34,955 bases of DNA from a virus: the UHGV virus genome UHGV-0055450. One strand, written 5' to 3'. Made by a program: the position numbers and the translations under genes. Under the pieces are notes generated by a model that did not search any database, was not told the DNA's origin, and saw only the letters and a program-made list of their open reading frames with translations. Position 1 is the first letter of the stretch; each line of letters begins with the position of its first letter. Shown here piece by piece: positions 34,456 through 34,955 of this stretch.

Positions 34456-34470
34456 TTACCCGAAAGGTAA
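34456..34470. promoter_or_regulatory. Operator palindrome between the ant operon and the tailspike gene
   Basis: Perfect TTACCcgaaaGGTAAtatctat. Confidence 0.5.
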
Positions 34471-34574
34471 TATCTATTCGTATTTACAGTCTTTCTATCC
34501 ATATGTGGTTTTTTGGGTAATAGAATAACCAGATATGCGGCGCAACGGGTGCTGCGACTATCTGGAGATTTAAC

Positions 34575-34955
34575 ATGACGGTCTCAACCGAAGTTGACCA
34601 CAACGAATACACAGGTAACGGCGTTACGACATCATTTCCGTATACCTTCCGTATTTTCAAAAAATCCGACCTGGTTGTTCAGGTGTCTGACCTGAACGGG
34701 AACGTAACAGAATTGGTTCTGGATACCGGTTATACGGTAACTGGGGCGGGCACTTATAGTGGCGGTTCTGTGGTTCTTCCGTCGCCGCTTGCTGCTGGCT
34801 GGCGAATTACGATAGATCGTGTGCTTGATGTGGTGCAGGAGACAGACCTTCGCAATCAGGGAAAGTTTTTCCCCGAAGTGCATGAGGATGCCTTTGACTA
34901 TCTGACGATGCTGATCCAGCAATGTTTTATTTTGGAAATTTTCTTTATAAAACAT
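34575..34955 (+). CDS. Tail fibre / tailspike protein, N-terminal adaptor domain (3' end outside the window)
   Basis: ATG at 34575 with GGAG 7 nt upstream; MTVSTEVDHNEYTGNGVTTSFPYTFRIFKKSDLVVQV... resembles the T7 gp17 N-terminal tail-attachment domain; open to the window edge and absent from the ORF track. Confidence 0.7.
   Translation, partial: MTVSTEVDHNEYTGNGVTTSFPYTFRIFKKSDLVVQVSDLNGNVTELVLDTGYTVTGAGTYSGGSVVLPSPLAAGWRITIDRVLDVVQETDLRNQGKFFPEVHEDAFDYLTMLIQQCFILEIFFIKH

Noticed and set aside
34632-34955. 107-aa minus-strand ORF at the window end
   Set aside because: It lies antisense to the well-supported tailspike N-terminal coding region, which has a proper RBS and homology; taken as spurious.

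Overview
The window holds the last 526 bp of host guaA followed by the left ~34 kb of a temperate prophage. The order is: guaA 3' end and terminator; P4-type tyrosine integrase; a leftward early operon (two small proteins, YqaJ-like exonuclease, RecT/Bet-like annealing protein, AlpA-like regulator, MT-A70 adenine methyltransferase); a divergent CI-like repressor and Cro-like gene; lambda O-like and P-like replication genes with iterons inside O; a nin-like block of small genes (DUF1064, Ea22-like, DUF551, ASCH); small and large terminase; a leftward insert carrying a Gp49-like gene and a tRNA-Arg(UCU); then a T7-ordered virion module (portal, scaffold, capsid, tail tubular A/B, four internal/ejection proteins); an AT-rich cargo pair; a leftward antirepressor operon; and the 5' end of a tailspike gene. 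The most notable signals read from the sequence are: (1) a 15-bp palindrome TTACC-N5-GGTAA found at 14 intergenic or promoter positions, 10 of them perfect, including a three-site array between the repressor and cro; (2) a near-consensus LexA box in front of the antirepressor operon, paired with a repressor that shows no autopeptidase domain; (3) a folded non-coding element with its own terminator between the two antirepressor genes; (4) an AT-rich convergent gene pair encoding a secreted, possibly ankyrin-like protein and an unknown 146-aa protein. All protein family calls rest on motif recognition and gene order, not database searches. No CRISPR array or IS element was seen.
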